Positions 12,426 to 23,390 of a DNA stretch of 63,573 nucleotides are shown here, piece after piece. The notes below the pieces were generated by a model. That model did not search any database. It saw only the letters and a list, made by a program, of their open reading frames with translations, and was not told where the DNA came from. This DNA comes from Octopus bimaculoides (lineage: Eukaryota), in contig NC_068981.1 in NCBI RefSeq assembly GCF_001194135.2, forward strand, positions 189,683,186 to 189,746,758, read 5' to 3'. The position numbers and the translations under genes are program-made. Positions within the stretch are counted from its first letter, which is position 1. Each line of letters opens with the position of its first letter.

Positions 12426-12569
12426 AGAAGACTCTCATTAAAGCGTTTGATTAAATGTGGATGTAAGTACCATTATGTCTTACCTTCAGGTATCTGGTAA
12501 GTGTCAAAGTAATGGACCCAAATAATTGCATTGATGCCAGTGTGACATGAAAGAGACTTCTCTTTAGCC

Positions 12570-12797
12570 CAGTGGTTCTCAACCAATTTTTCCCAAGGGC
12601 CCCTCTGGTTCCTATTTTACTCAAGGGGATCCCTACAGCCTAGTGATGATTAATAAAAATCAAATATTTTTATAATTAAATATTATACGAAATGAAATGA
12701 AAAAATTGCTAAACTATTTTGTGTATTTTAGAAATATAACCAATTTTATAACAGATTGGCATCCAAATCTTATGTGGACCCTGGTTGAGAGCCAGTG
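12570..12797. mobile_element. hAT (Charlie-like) MITE
   Basis: TIRs CAGTGGTTCTCAACC / GGTTGAGAGCCAGTG; 8-bp flanks CTTTAGCC / CTTTAGAT. Confidence 0.8.
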
Positions 12798-13049
12798 CTT
12801 TAGATCATCAGATTAACGATCACCAACAACAGCCTACACATTCAGAAAATGTCTTTGTACATCCTTTGCTAAAGATGTGATGTTACTTATTGACTATACA
12901 AAGGACTCTAGAGAATCTAGAGGATTGTCTTTGAGCAAGAATATTGAACTCTTCTGACTGTAGCAGACATTTTCACACTTTGAAGTTTTGACATACAGAC
13001 TGAGATCTTCTGCTATGATTTCAAACAATTCTAAAGCATTACATCATAA

Positions 13050-13390
13050 TCATCATCATCGTTTAACGTCCGTTTTCAATGCTAGCATGGGCTGGACGGT
13101 CTGACTGGATTCTGGGAAGCCAGGAGGCTGCACCAGGATCAATCTGATCTGGCATTGTTTGTACAGCTGGATGCCCTTCCTAACGCCAACCACTCCAAGT
13201 GTGTAGTGGGTGCTTTTTATGTGCCACCGGCACAGGGGCCAGAGCAGGCTGGCAACGGCCATGATCGGTTGGTGCTTTTTACGTGCCACTGGCATGAAAG
13301 CCAGTAAAGGCGGTGCTGACATCGGCCACGCTTGGATGGTGTTTTTTACGTGCCACTGGCACGGGTATCACAACTACAATTTCCATTTGA
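13050..13390 (-). mobile_element. Repeat C (RTE 3' UTR)
   Basis: Same motifs as 6093-6515. Confidence 0.8.
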
Positions 13391-13444
13391 TTTTCATAAG
13401 AAAATTTGTAAAGGTTTTAGAAACGGCATCATTATTAGTTCTTA

Positions 13445-13467
13445 GTTGTGATATCATCATCATCATT

Positions 13468-13499
<32 letters not shown>

Positions 13500-13735
13500 T
13501 TAATGTCTGTTTTCCATACTGGCATGAGTTGGACGGTTTTACCAGAGCTGGCAAAGCAGAGAGCTGCTCCAGGTTCCTGTCTGATTTGGATTGGTTTCTA
13601 CATCTGGATGCCTTTCCTGATGCCTTTAACGTCCATTGGGCAAGTGTCTTCTACTATAGCCTCAGGCTGACCAAAGCCTTGTGAGTGGATTTGATAGATG
13701 GAAACTTAAAGAAGCCCGTCATATATATGTATATA

Positions 13736-13805
<70 letters not shown>

Positions 13806-14030
13806 CGTGTGTATGTTTGTGTGTCTGTGTTTGTCCCCCCAACATCGCTTGACAACCAATGCTGGTGTGTTTACATCCCCGTAACTTAGCAGTTCAACAA
13901 AAGAGTCCGATAGAATAAGTACTAGGCTTACAAAGAATAAGTCCTGGGTCGATTTGCTCGACTAAAGGTGGTGCTCCAGCATGGCCACAGTCAAATGATT
14001 GAAACAAGTAAAAGAGTAAAAGAGTAAAGA
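13445..14030. mobile_element. C-type tail fragment (minus) fused to a 5'-truncated SINE A (plus)
   Basis: (CAT)n and C motifs to about 13628, then A body from GGGCAAGTGTCTTC to the tail. Confidence 0.75.
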
Positions 14031-14321
14031 GAGTAATTGATACACAAAATGTTTAAATTGAATGGAATAAACTAAAGCATTCATGTTTAATTTGTTCAGT
14101 AATTCAATTTGTGTATCAAGGTTCAAAACAGAGGCATATAAACTATCAGTTCAATGCTGTTATTGATTGATTGATCGATGAAATCAATTGTTTGTATCAA
14201 TATATACTGTAGTTCTATTGAATAGAAATTTATAAAACAAGAACAAGGCTTTGATGAAATCTAAAAGGTAATGTCTTTTAGTATACAATAGTTAAGATAT
14301 ATAAACGAATATAATTGTTAT

Positions 14322-14720
14322 GGGTGCAGGCATGGCTGTGTGGTAATTAGCTTGCCTACCAACCACATGGTTCCGGGTTCAGTCCCATTGCATGGCACCT
14401 TGGGTAGGTGTTTTCTACTATAGCCTTAGGCCAACCAAAACCTTGTGAGTGGATTTGGTAGATGGAAACTGAAAGAAGCCTGTCGTATATATTTATATAT
14501 ATATATGTGTGTGCTTGTGTGGGTGTGTGTATGGGTGGGTGTGTGTGTTTGTCCTTCCACCAGCGCTTGACAACCGATTTTGGTGTGTTTATGTCCCTGT
14601 AACCTTGCAGATCGGCAAAAGGGACTGATAAAATAAGCACTAGGCTTACAAAGAATAAGTCCTGGGGCCGATTTGTTCGACTGCAGTCAAATGACTGAAA
14701 CAAATAAAAGAATAAAAGAA
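14322..14720 (+). mobile_element. SINE A, full length
   Basis: Head to tail match. Confidence 0.9.
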
Positions 14721-15899
14721 TAGATATTGAAAGCCACCAATTTTGGAGGAAGGGTTTAAGCCGATTGAATTGAAATAAACTAAAGCATTCATGTTTCAAT
14801 TTGTTAAGCCGATTACATTGATCGCAGTGTACAACTGGTACTTATTTCTTGAAGCATGATCAGTAAACAAGTGTTACCTTAGTCTGCTGGCTGTGGACAG
14901 CTGACATTTTCCATCATACCCAGCAAAATAAGCTGGGCGTTTTCATTTAGTAATAATGATGATAGTTATTGCATTATTATTTTACACTGGGACAAGAAAA
15001 GAAACCTTCAGTACAAGAACTTTGTCACATGAATGAGCTTCTTAAATAGCATCATTGTGAAAGACAGCAAACAGAATTTCTTAGGGACATCTTCTTTGAT
15101 AAAATAGTTAATTGAAAGAAGGAAATTAAAAGATGCATTTCTTTAGAATTTCCTCATGAAGTACCAAGAGAAATCATTTATTTATTTATCTATTTATCTT
15201 TCTTTTTTTTTTTTTTTTCAAAATCAGTTTTATTGGTAAGAAAAATATTCTGAAAAGATGAAAAGCTTTCAAAGAAAATCGAGTCTTCACATTCTTTGAT
15301 ATTTGTTTGGTTGTTTAAGTAAAATTAAATCCTATTAACAAATACTTTCAAATCACTAAAGAAGAAATTGCTTACTTCCTTAGCACTAATAATTCTAAGG
15401 CATCACCATTTATGAAATATATTCAAACTAATATTAAAATGTCGATTGATAAATAGTCAAAACAAATATTCCCCCCAAAATTTCCCAAAATTCTAATAGC
15501 AAAGAAACACACTGCTTTGATCTCAAAGCACCTTTTTCTTGACAAAATTTTCAAAATCTTTAACACTTAATACTAACATTGAAGTAAAGGGTTGACTGTC
15601 TTTCAATAAAAGAAATTATTCAAAGACTTTGGTATTTTTCGACATTGATATAAAAAATATATTTTCTGAGGTTTTAATTTTTATAAGTTCATTTGATATA
15701 TTGTACCATCTCTCTTACAGCCAGCTTCCTTATCACTCCATCCTCATCATAATCATCGAAACAAAAATTTATATTTATGCTGTTTGGTTTACAAATTTGC
15801 TTCCCTGATTGAACCCAAAACCAAGTGGCTGGGAAGCAAAGAAAATTTCTTAACCAAACAGCATAAATCAATTATTTCTTTTTTCCTGTGGCTTCAGTT

Positions 15900-16064
15900 T
15901 GCCTGCAATCAAAGCACATATTTCACACCAGGTCAGCAGATTAATAACCAACAAATATTTATCTACATCCAATGAAGCTGTTTTTGTTGATGTCAATAAT
16001 ATTAGGAGAAAGTCATAAACATCCTTATTAACAGTCATCTCCTCGTTACATATGAATAAGAGGC
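15900..16064 (-). CDS. Candidate exon (LLFICNEEMTVNKDVYDFLLILLTSTKTASLDVDKYLLVINLLTWCEICALIA), phase-1 start, donor uncertain
   Basis: Acceptor ttacattacaAG at 16065-16066; phase fits 17537-17691; frame open to 15868; no strong donor seen. Confidence 0.4.
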
Positions 16065-16324
16065 CTTGTAATGTAATGTAAGAAATCAATATATATCCAG
16101 CAAGGATTTTAACTGCTTAAATAATAAATTTAATGTAACCACCACTACTGAATGGTTCCATTCAATAATTTTATTTGCTAAATTGGATTTTATATTTTAA
16201 TCCAATTTACCTGAAAATCTAATCATTATCTTACCTGAGAACATTTACTCATATACCGACTTTCACTATTTACATTTTATGACAAAAGTCAATGGAAATA
16301 ATTATGAAACCATCAATAATAATA

Positions 16325-16830
16325 ATAATTCTTTCTGCTTAGGTACATGGTCCCAAATCTTGGGGAGAAACTAGTCAATTGCATTTATGCCCCAGTACTT
16401 ATCTGGTACTTATTTTATCGACTCTGAAAGGAGGGAAGTCAAAATCGACCCCAGTGGAATTTGAACTCAGAATGTACAGATAGATAAAATGTCACTAAAC
16501 ACTTTTTCTGGCGTGGTAATGGTTCTGCAACCGCCGCGGGGGTCATTACCAGTGTTGCCTGACTGGCTCCCTGAAATGGTGGCACATAAAAAGCACCATC
16601 CGAACGTGGCTGATGCCAGTGCCACCTGACTGGCTCCTGTGCCGGTGGCACGCAAAAATCACCCACTACACTCTCGGAGTGGTTGGCATTAGGAAGGGAT
16701 CTGCCAGATAAGATTGGAGCCTGGTGTGGCCTCCTAGCTTGCTAGTCCCCAGTCAAACTGTCCAGCACATGCCAACATAGAAAAATGGACGTTAAACAAT
16801 GATGAGGATGATGATGATAATGATGATGAT
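16325..16830. mobile_element. SINE B (minus, 16325-16535) abutting repeat C (plus, 16535-16830)
   Basis: Family motifs; (GAT)n tail at 16800-16830. Confidence 0.8.
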
Positions 16831-17169
16831 CACACAAATGTTTTTGCCACAACCACTAAGTTAAGAGAAAATTGCCCACTCTTTCTTGTGAAAGGAAGGC
16901 TGGAGATCTGTCTTCTCAGAATTAGCTAATGGCTTTTTCTGTCCCACATGTGACAAGAGGGGTTGGACAAACTTCAACAGATTAGAACTGCCCCATCACA
17001 GTTCAGAGATTATAATCTCCAAAGAGAATGTTCTTCAGAAGAGATTTCTCATTTTGTTTTTGTGAATACTCAAGATTGCTCCTGGGTCAATGTCACTTTT
17101 ATCCTCCATTAATTTCCTGAAAATGGCCCTTCACCAGCCATATTCTTAGAAAATAAAACCTTGACAAGT

Positions 17170-17310
17170 TCCTGTTAACAGATGTGGTGCACAGCAAAAG
17201 AACAAGACTTAGTGGTGACAGCAAAGAAGCAAGTGGTGGAAGTTTTGCAGAACTCTACAAACCAGCACAGGACAGTCATGGGTGGAGGGCTGCAGTGACT
17301 CAATTATTTG
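17170..17310 (+). pseudogene. LINE RT C-terminal remnant (RTE-like)
   Basis: AQDSHGWRAAV resembles the AQDRxxWRxxV terminus of RTE ORFs. Confidence 0.45.
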
Positions 17311-17536
17311 AGTCTTCTGTCTTGAGAAGATGAACTTTCTATAGAATGTGAAGGTCAACATCACATTCTAATTGCAATGTCCAGCTTGTTAGAACACAGT
17401 GAGCACCTGTTAACATTTCAAAATATTAACTTGAAGGAAGAGGTTTGCTAATGAGTTTTGTAAAATGGAAAAACGAAGAAGCTTTAATTTCAACATAGAA
17501 TGAATTGCTCCAGGTATCCAAGCTGTGACATGTTAC

Positions 17537-17691
17537 CTCTTTGACTAGCTGCAGGTTTCATGTTAATTCTGTTTGCAAATGCTTTTGCTTGTATATAAAT
17601 ATTGTGAAGTATATAACCATGTCTCTGGTCTGCATAAACTGATATTAATCTTTCACTTGATTGTGCATAGCCAATGGGACACACCGGACTT
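17537..17691 (-). CDS. Candidate 155-nt exon (SPVCPIGYAQSSERLISVYADQRHGYILHNIYIQAKAFANRINMKPAASQR), phase 2 to 1
   Basis: Strong acceptor ccttttatcatttactttgctAG, donor AG|GTAACA, only one frame open; phases fit both neighbours. Confidence 0.5.
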
Positions 17692-18113
17692 CTAGCAAAG
17701 TAAATGATAAAAGGCAGCTAAATCCAAACAAGCACAGATTGATTATCTCCAAAAATACAAAAACTAGAAAATGTCATCTGTAAATGTGTGTATGAGACAG
17801 CATCGTTACTGTAAGATTAAGCTTAGATTCAGAAGTAATTCTGTGTGATATTGTTAACACATCAACATAATAAATAATTGTCCAAAGAGTGCCTGGTTGA
17901 GAAAAGCATCTTGTTTCAAAATGTATGTACATGGTTGACAATTATTAATGAAATGAATAATTCTTTTGATGAAAATAAACAAACAAAATTTGCTTTAGAA
18001 GCATTGAGATGTATTGAAAGATACAAAAATAATTATATTCAAACACGTGATAATGCTAATAAAATAGCATGAACAGGATAAATTATCCATACATTGCAGA
18101 AAAATATGTCACC

Positions 18114-18186
18114 GGCCAGCCATGAGACTCAAACCCACATACTTGTGATTAAGCATCAAGTGCTTTACCATTGAACTAAACTGCCC
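18114..18186 (-). pseudogene. Degenerate tRNA-like sequence (Lys-CTT-like)
   Basis: GGGCAGTTTAGTTCAATGGTAAAGCAC...CTTAATC...GTGGGTTTGAGTCTCA: decayed A/B boxes and poor stems. Confidence 0.55.
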
Positions 18187-18375
18187 AGTAACGAATTCTT
18201 TTGCAATTTTAGAATTTATAAATTTAGCTTTATAAGACATTAACGTTAAATTCAAATAATGATGAAGGTAAACAAACAAGGTTTGCTTTAGAAGCATTGA
18301 GATGTATTGAAAGACACAGAAATTCTTTGTTTTGTATATCAAGTCAAAATTGAATTGTTTCATTTTTATTCTTAC

Positions 18376-18446
18376 CTGTAGATATCTATTCCCAATATTA
18401 TTTTATATTTACACAAAGGAACTGACATAATCCAGCTAATTAATCC
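18376..18446 (-). CDS. Candidate 71-nt exon (GLISWIMSVPLCKYKIILGIDIY), phase 0 to 2
   Basis: Donor CAG|GTAAGA, acceptor taccAG, single open frame, phase fits 17537-17691. Confidence 0.45.
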
Positions 18447-18713
18447 CTGGTAGTCATGTTTAGTATATTGAATGATTAATAATAAGAAGAATTATCTTCA
18501 ACAGTTTGCTAAACATCTTTAATATACATAACAATTTTTTTAAATGCATGTGATGTGTTTGAATCAAGAAATGGTGAAGTTGTCAAAAGATGAGAACTAA
18601 AATAGCTGATATGAATCCAAACATAGCTGATGGGTGCAACAAGAATAATCTGTTAGATAGAAAATTGAGGAAAATTATCTTTATTACATATTAGCCCAAA
18701 GAAACATGTCTAC

Positions 18714-18980
18714 CAGCCACAATAAGAAAGATTCCTTAAAGGGAGCTGAGCTCCAAGTTTTTTTATGAACCTGCCAAAACATTCCGGAATGTTCCATGAA
18801 GCTTTTAGGCACAAAAACTAAACTTTGACTGTCACTGACTATCACAAACTGACACCAAAGATGATTCTCTAGAGAAAATGTCAGTAGGCTTATAGCACAG
18901 TTCAGGTCAATATTACCAAATAAAGAAATATTTGCCAAAGATTTTAACTTTTGAAGTGCTTTGAATTCAAAGAACGCTGT
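18714..18980 (-). CDS. Candidate exon within the 18684-18980 open frame (KSLANISLF...MFWQVHKK...LLWL); borders uncertain
   Basis: About 97 stop-free codons in AT-rich unique DNA; phase-0 donors at 18771 or 18714 fit the next exon; splice sites weak. Confidence 0.35.
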
Positions 18981-19366
18981 CTAATATATTCCGAGAGTGG
19001 GTATCACATTACAAGTTTCCACTAACACCAGCTGTATTTGATGAGATTTACAAAATATTTTACTTTTAGGCATATAGTTAGGATTCTTTTCTTAATCCCC
19101 TATACTTTGCAATGCAGTGGAGACAACGTTTTTATATCAGAGTCTGTGGGTCAATTGCTATGCTTCAATCTTCAAACTTTTTCTTCTTTGTTGAAATAAT
19201 GAACACAAATTCAGAATTATTTACGTTTGACAGATATTTGTCCTCATCTTGTTTGTTGTTAACACAACGATTCGGCTGATTATACCCTCCAGCCTTCATT
19301 AGGTGTCCTGGGGGAATTTCGAATCTGGGTTCTCATTCCTAAGGTATTTTTCGATGTTATTATTAT

Positions 19367-19434
19367 TATGGTGTAGTGGTTAAGAACATGGGCTGCTAAC
19401 CCTAAGATTCTGAGTTCGATTCCAGACAGTGACC
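19367..19434 (+). promoter_or_regulatory. tRNA-like Pol III head (A box TGGTGTAGTGG, B box GAGTTCGATTCC; GCT anticodon-like loop)
   Basis: Direct reading; lacks the long variable arm and acceptor stem of a true tRNA-Ser. Confidence 0.7.
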
Positions 19435-19505
19435 TGAATAATAATAATAATGATGACATTGGAAAATACCTTAGGAATGAGAACCCAGGTTCGAAATTTT
19501 CCCAG

Positions 19506-19551
19506 GACACCTGATGAAAGCTGGAGAGTACATCAGCTGAAACATTGTGTT
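19506..19551 (+). ncRNA. Minimal type I hammerhead ribozyme motif (this copy has a stem III mismatch)
   Basis: GACAC-CTGATGA-A-AGCTG-10nt-CAGCT-GAAAC-ATT-GTGTT; stems I and II pair; inverted copy at 19261-19307. Confidence 0.65.
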
Positions 19552-19861
19552 AACAACAAATGAGATGAGGACAAATATCCGTCAAATGTAAATTATGTCA
19601 ATAATTCCTCATTTCTCAAATATAGAACTGCACAAATTCAGAATTGTGATTAAAAAGACGTTCTGTAATAAATCAGCAGATACTGACAAAATAACCAACT
19701 CATTAATTTTCGTCACACACTGATTAATAAATAATACATTTTGTATTTGTGATATGTAAAAAATTATTTAGATTTCTTCAAATCATTTTCTAAAATGAGA
19801 TCAAACTCAGTTTTTCATTCAGGGAAATATTAAAAATTATCCTAACATCCAAGTTCTTCTT

Positions 19862-20171
19862 NNNNNNNNNNNNNNNNNNNNNNNNNNNNNNNNNNNNNNN
19901 NNNNNNNNNNNNNNNNNNNNNNNNNNNNNNNNNNNNNNNNNNNNNNNNNNNNNNNNNNNNNNNNNNNNNNNNNNNNNNNNNNNNNNNNNNNNNNNNNNNN
20001 NNNNNNNNNNNNNNNNNNNNNNNNNNNNNNNNNNNNNNNNNNNNNNNNNNNNNNNNNNNNNNNNNNNNNNNNNNNNNNNNNNNNNNNNNNNNNNNNNNNN
20101 NNNNNNNNNNNNNNNNNNNNNNNNNNNNNNNNNNNNNNNNNNNNNNNNNNNNNNNNNNNNNNNNNNNNNNN
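19862..20171. other. Assembly gap; may hide an exon or donor of the minus-strand gene
   Basis: Run of N. Other large gaps: 21475-21781, 22511-23191, 30595-31021, 37530-37868, 50359-51140. Confidence 0.95.
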
Positions 20172-20220
20172 CTGAATAATGACGTCAAATGTTGAGCATT
20201 GTTTGTTTGATTATCTGAGA
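20172..20220 (-). CDS. Candidate exon 3 (SDNQTNNAQHLTSLF), phase-1 start, runs into the gap
   Basis: Acceptor ggatattttgtAG at 20221-20222; phase fits 24537-24612. Confidence 0.45.
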
Positions 20221-20338
20221 CTACAAAATATCCAGAATTTCTTATAATAAACAGTAAGAATGTTGTCACTGTGTTGCATTGATTTTTTTTTATGCTCAGT
20301 TCACAATATTTTGATATTAAAACTTTTCTTAGCTGGTG

Positions 20339-20339
<1 letters not shown>

Positions 20340-20398
<59 letters not shown>

Positions 20399-20830
20399 GT
20401 TTAACGTCCGTTTTCCAAGCTGGTATGGGTTCTACGATTTGACTGAGTATTAGCAAGCCAGAAGGCCGCACCAGGCTCCAATCTGACATGGCAAGGTTTC
20501 TACAGCTGGATGCCCTTCCTAACAACAACCACTCCGAGAGTATTGTGGGTACTTTTTATGTGCCACTGGCACGGGAGCCAATCAGGCAGCACTGACGTTG
20601 GCCACATTCGGATGGTGCCTTTTACGTGCTACTGGCACAGGAGCCAGTCGGGGTGGGGAAGTGGCATCGACCACGTTTGGATGGTGCTTTTTATGTACCA
20701 CCGGCATGAGTAGCCAGTCTGACAGCTTTGGTATCGACCCACACATGAATGGTGCTTATTGTGCCAACAGCACAAGAACCAGTCAGGCGGCACTGGCATC
20801 GGCCACAACTACAATTTCCATTTGATTTTG
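20340..20830 (-). mobile_element. Repeat C with (CAT)n tail
   Basis: Family motifs. Confidence 0.8.
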
Positions 20831-20926
20831 ATTTGATTGAGATTCAGATTTTGATTTTGAAAGGCTTGGATGATGCATTTATATAATCTGTACAACTGTT
20901 TCATATTAATTATATACTACAATGGT

Positions 20927-21199
20927 CAGTGGCCGACTGGGTCTGAAAATATTGGTTGCCAGGAGACTAAGGAGACCCATCCGCAACTACATTGCTATCA
21001 TTTAATTTTTGTTTGTTAAAAGTATTCTTTTCAACTATACATAAACACAGCCAGGTTGAAATAATTAATACATTCTTCCAAAAGTGAATAAAAAATTCTC
21101 AAACTTGAGGGGATGGGCCCCTTAGATAGTAACATGGGCCCCCATATATGGATTCTAATGGCACATCGGCAAGCTGGTAACCTAGCCAGTCTGCCACTG
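20927..21199. mobile_element. hAT-type MITE
   Basis: TIRs CAGTGGCCGACTGG / CCAGTCTGCCACTG; 8-bp flanks ACAATGGT / ATTATGGT. Confidence 0.7.
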
Positions 21200-22029
21200 A
21201 TTATGGTTAGATCAAAATCAGAAAATATATATTTTTCATGAAAATTCATTAGTTTTTGAAATATCCTTCCTTTATTATTAATTATGGTCTACAAATGCTA
21301 AAATTTCAAGAGATTTATTACGTTGGAAAATTATAGCAGATGTTATATCATGAGTTAATACAAGTTTATTCATATCAAGAATGGCAAAACGTATTATATG
21401 AAATGAATTCTAAAACATTATGTTGAAAATGAAATAATAATAATAATATTAATACTGATATGTACGCACACACANNNNNNNNNNNNNNNNNNNNNNNNNN
21501 NNNNNNNNNNNNNNNNNNNNNNNNNNNNNNNNNNNNNNNNNNNNNNNNNNNNNNNNNNNNNNNNNNNNNNNNNNNNNNNNNNNNNNNNNNNNNNNNNNNN
21601 NNNNNNNNNNNNNNNNNNNNNNNNNNNNNNNNNNNNNNNNNNNNNNNNNNNNNNNNNNNNNNNNNNNNNNNNNNNNNNNNNNNNNNNNNNNNNNNNNNNN
21701 NNNNNNNNNNNNNNNNNNNNNNNNNNNNNNNNNNNNNNNNNNNNNNNNNNNNNNNNNNNNNNNNNNNNNNNNNNNNNNNNNATATATATATATATATATA
21801 TATAAGGGCATAACTATATTAGAATGCCTCACGTTAACTACCGTAATAAACACATTTTTACCGAATGCGAGGAAATGCAGCCTGCAAAGAAGTTAGCCTT
21901 TTAAAAACAGACTTAACTATAGATCGCCGATTTCGTGATCATTATAGTAATATATAACCTTCACTCGTCAGTATAGTATAATCAAGACACATAGAAATAA
22001 ACAAAAAAATCAACATACCAAACGAACAT

Positions 22030-22325
22030 ACACATTCTTTCACCATGGCTACCAGTAGAATGAAGACTGCCTTGCCTTCCCAGTTGAGGGAAGGTGACAG
22101 CAATTGTCACGATAGACTCGGCCAACAGGCAGACTCATCCCACATGTGACAGCAGCCGTTCGGCATAAGCCCACAGGTCCGAAATGGTTGGACACTGCAC
22201 AAGTGTGTGCAGAACGGTTTCGTCGCTCTGACCGCATCTCAGGCAAGTCAGTCCAGGGTGTCTCGAACTGTGCCTGTAGAGCTTATCCCGGACAGGTAAT
22301 GCTTCTCGATAGCACTGCCAGGCTA
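22030..22325 (-). pseudogene. L1/Tx1-like ORF2 C-terminal zinc-finger (zf-RVT-like) remnant
   Basis: WQCYREALPVRDKL...CLRCGQSDETVLHTLVQCP. Confidence 0.8.
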
Positions 22326-23191
22326 TAGATAGATAGATGGATTGATTGATAGATATCTTTTTATTATAGCCACACAGGGCTAAATACAGAAAATGGACAA
22401 ATTACAATGTAGATCTTTTCTTTAGCGGGGAAAGTGGGGGGGGGATAATTTCGATCAAAAGGGATCGCGGAAAAAAGGGGGGATTTCGATCAATAGGGAT
22501 CGCGGAAAAANNNNNNNNNNNNNNNNNNNNNNNNNNNNNNNNNNNNNNNNNNNNNNNNNNNNNNNNNNNNNNNNNNNNNNNNNNNNNNNNNNNNNNNNNN
22601 NNNNNNNNNNNNNNNNNNNNNNNNNNNNNNNNNNNNNNNNNNNNNNNNNNNNNNNNNNNNNNNNNNNNNNNNNNNNNNNNNNNNNNNNNNNNNNNNNNNN
22701 NNNNNNNNNNNNNNNNNNNNNNNNNNNNNNNNNNNNNNNNNNNNNNNNNNNNNNNNNNNNNNNNNNNNNNNNNNNNNNNNNNNNNNNNNNNNNNNNNNNN
22801 NNNNNNNNNNNNNNNNNNNNNNNNNNNNNNNNNNNNNNNNNNNNNNNNNNNNNNNNNNNNNNNNNNNNNNNNNNNNNNNNNNNNNNNNNNNNNNNNNNNN
22901 NNNNNNNNNNNNNNNNNNNNNNNNNNNNNNNNNNNNNNNNNNNNNNNNNNNNNNNNNNNNNNNNNNNNNNNNNNNNNNNNNNNNNNNNNNNNNNNNNNNN
23001 NNNNNNNNNNNNNNNNNNNNNNNNNNNNNNNNNNNNNNNNNNNNNNNNNNNNNNNNNNNNNNNNNNNNNNNNNNNNNNNNNNNNNNNNNNNNNNNNNNNN
23101 NNNNNNNNNNNNNNNNNNNNNNNNNNNNNNNNNNNNNNNNNNNNNNNNNNNNNNNNNNNNNNNNNNNNNNNNNNNNNNNNNNNNNNNNNNN

Positions 23192-23390
23192 CTTCTCTCG
23201 AACTGGTAGTGCGTCCCGATAGCATTGCCAAGCCATGTATCTCTGGAAATTATCCATAGGCCTCGGCCCGAACGTCGTCTTGAAAAGGCGGGTTAGGAAT
23301 TTTTCGTCGACACCCAGGTTTGCCCCGAGAGTGTCGTCAGACCTCCCCTCCACTAGTCCTCTATAGAACGCATTGGTCGTTTGGAAGTTG
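23192..23390 (-). pseudogene. L1/Tx1-like ORF2 remnant, region just upstream of the zinc finger
   Basis: ...MDNFQRYMAWQCYRDALPVREK, ending at the gap. Confidence 0.75.

Larger units (their letters stand above)
19219..19630 (+). mobile_element. tRNA-headed, hammerhead-bearing element with inverted tail copy and 15-bp TSD
   Basis: TSD CACAAATTCAGAATT at 19204-19218 and 19631-19645; inverted arms about 19222-19368 and 19440-19592; tRNA-like head 19367-19434. Confidence 0.8.

Noticed and set aside
15689-15871. EF-hand-like DYDEDGVI peptide with a strong-looking acceptor
   Set aside because: The acceptor and first half are a decayed SINE A head, and loop position 12 is not acidic.
16207-16237. 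Minus-strand CAG|GTAAG followed 24 nt later by ttttcAG|GTAAAT (recursive-splice-like)
   Set aside because: Too short for an intron, and the upstream 31-nt exon is out of phase with the chain; such words are common in AT-rich DNA.
19367-19434. Functional tRNA-Ser(GCT) gene (likewise tRNA-Lys at 18114-18186 and tRNA-Arg at 39520-39595)
   Set aside because: Acceptor stems and arms are incomplete, and each is embedded in a repeat element.
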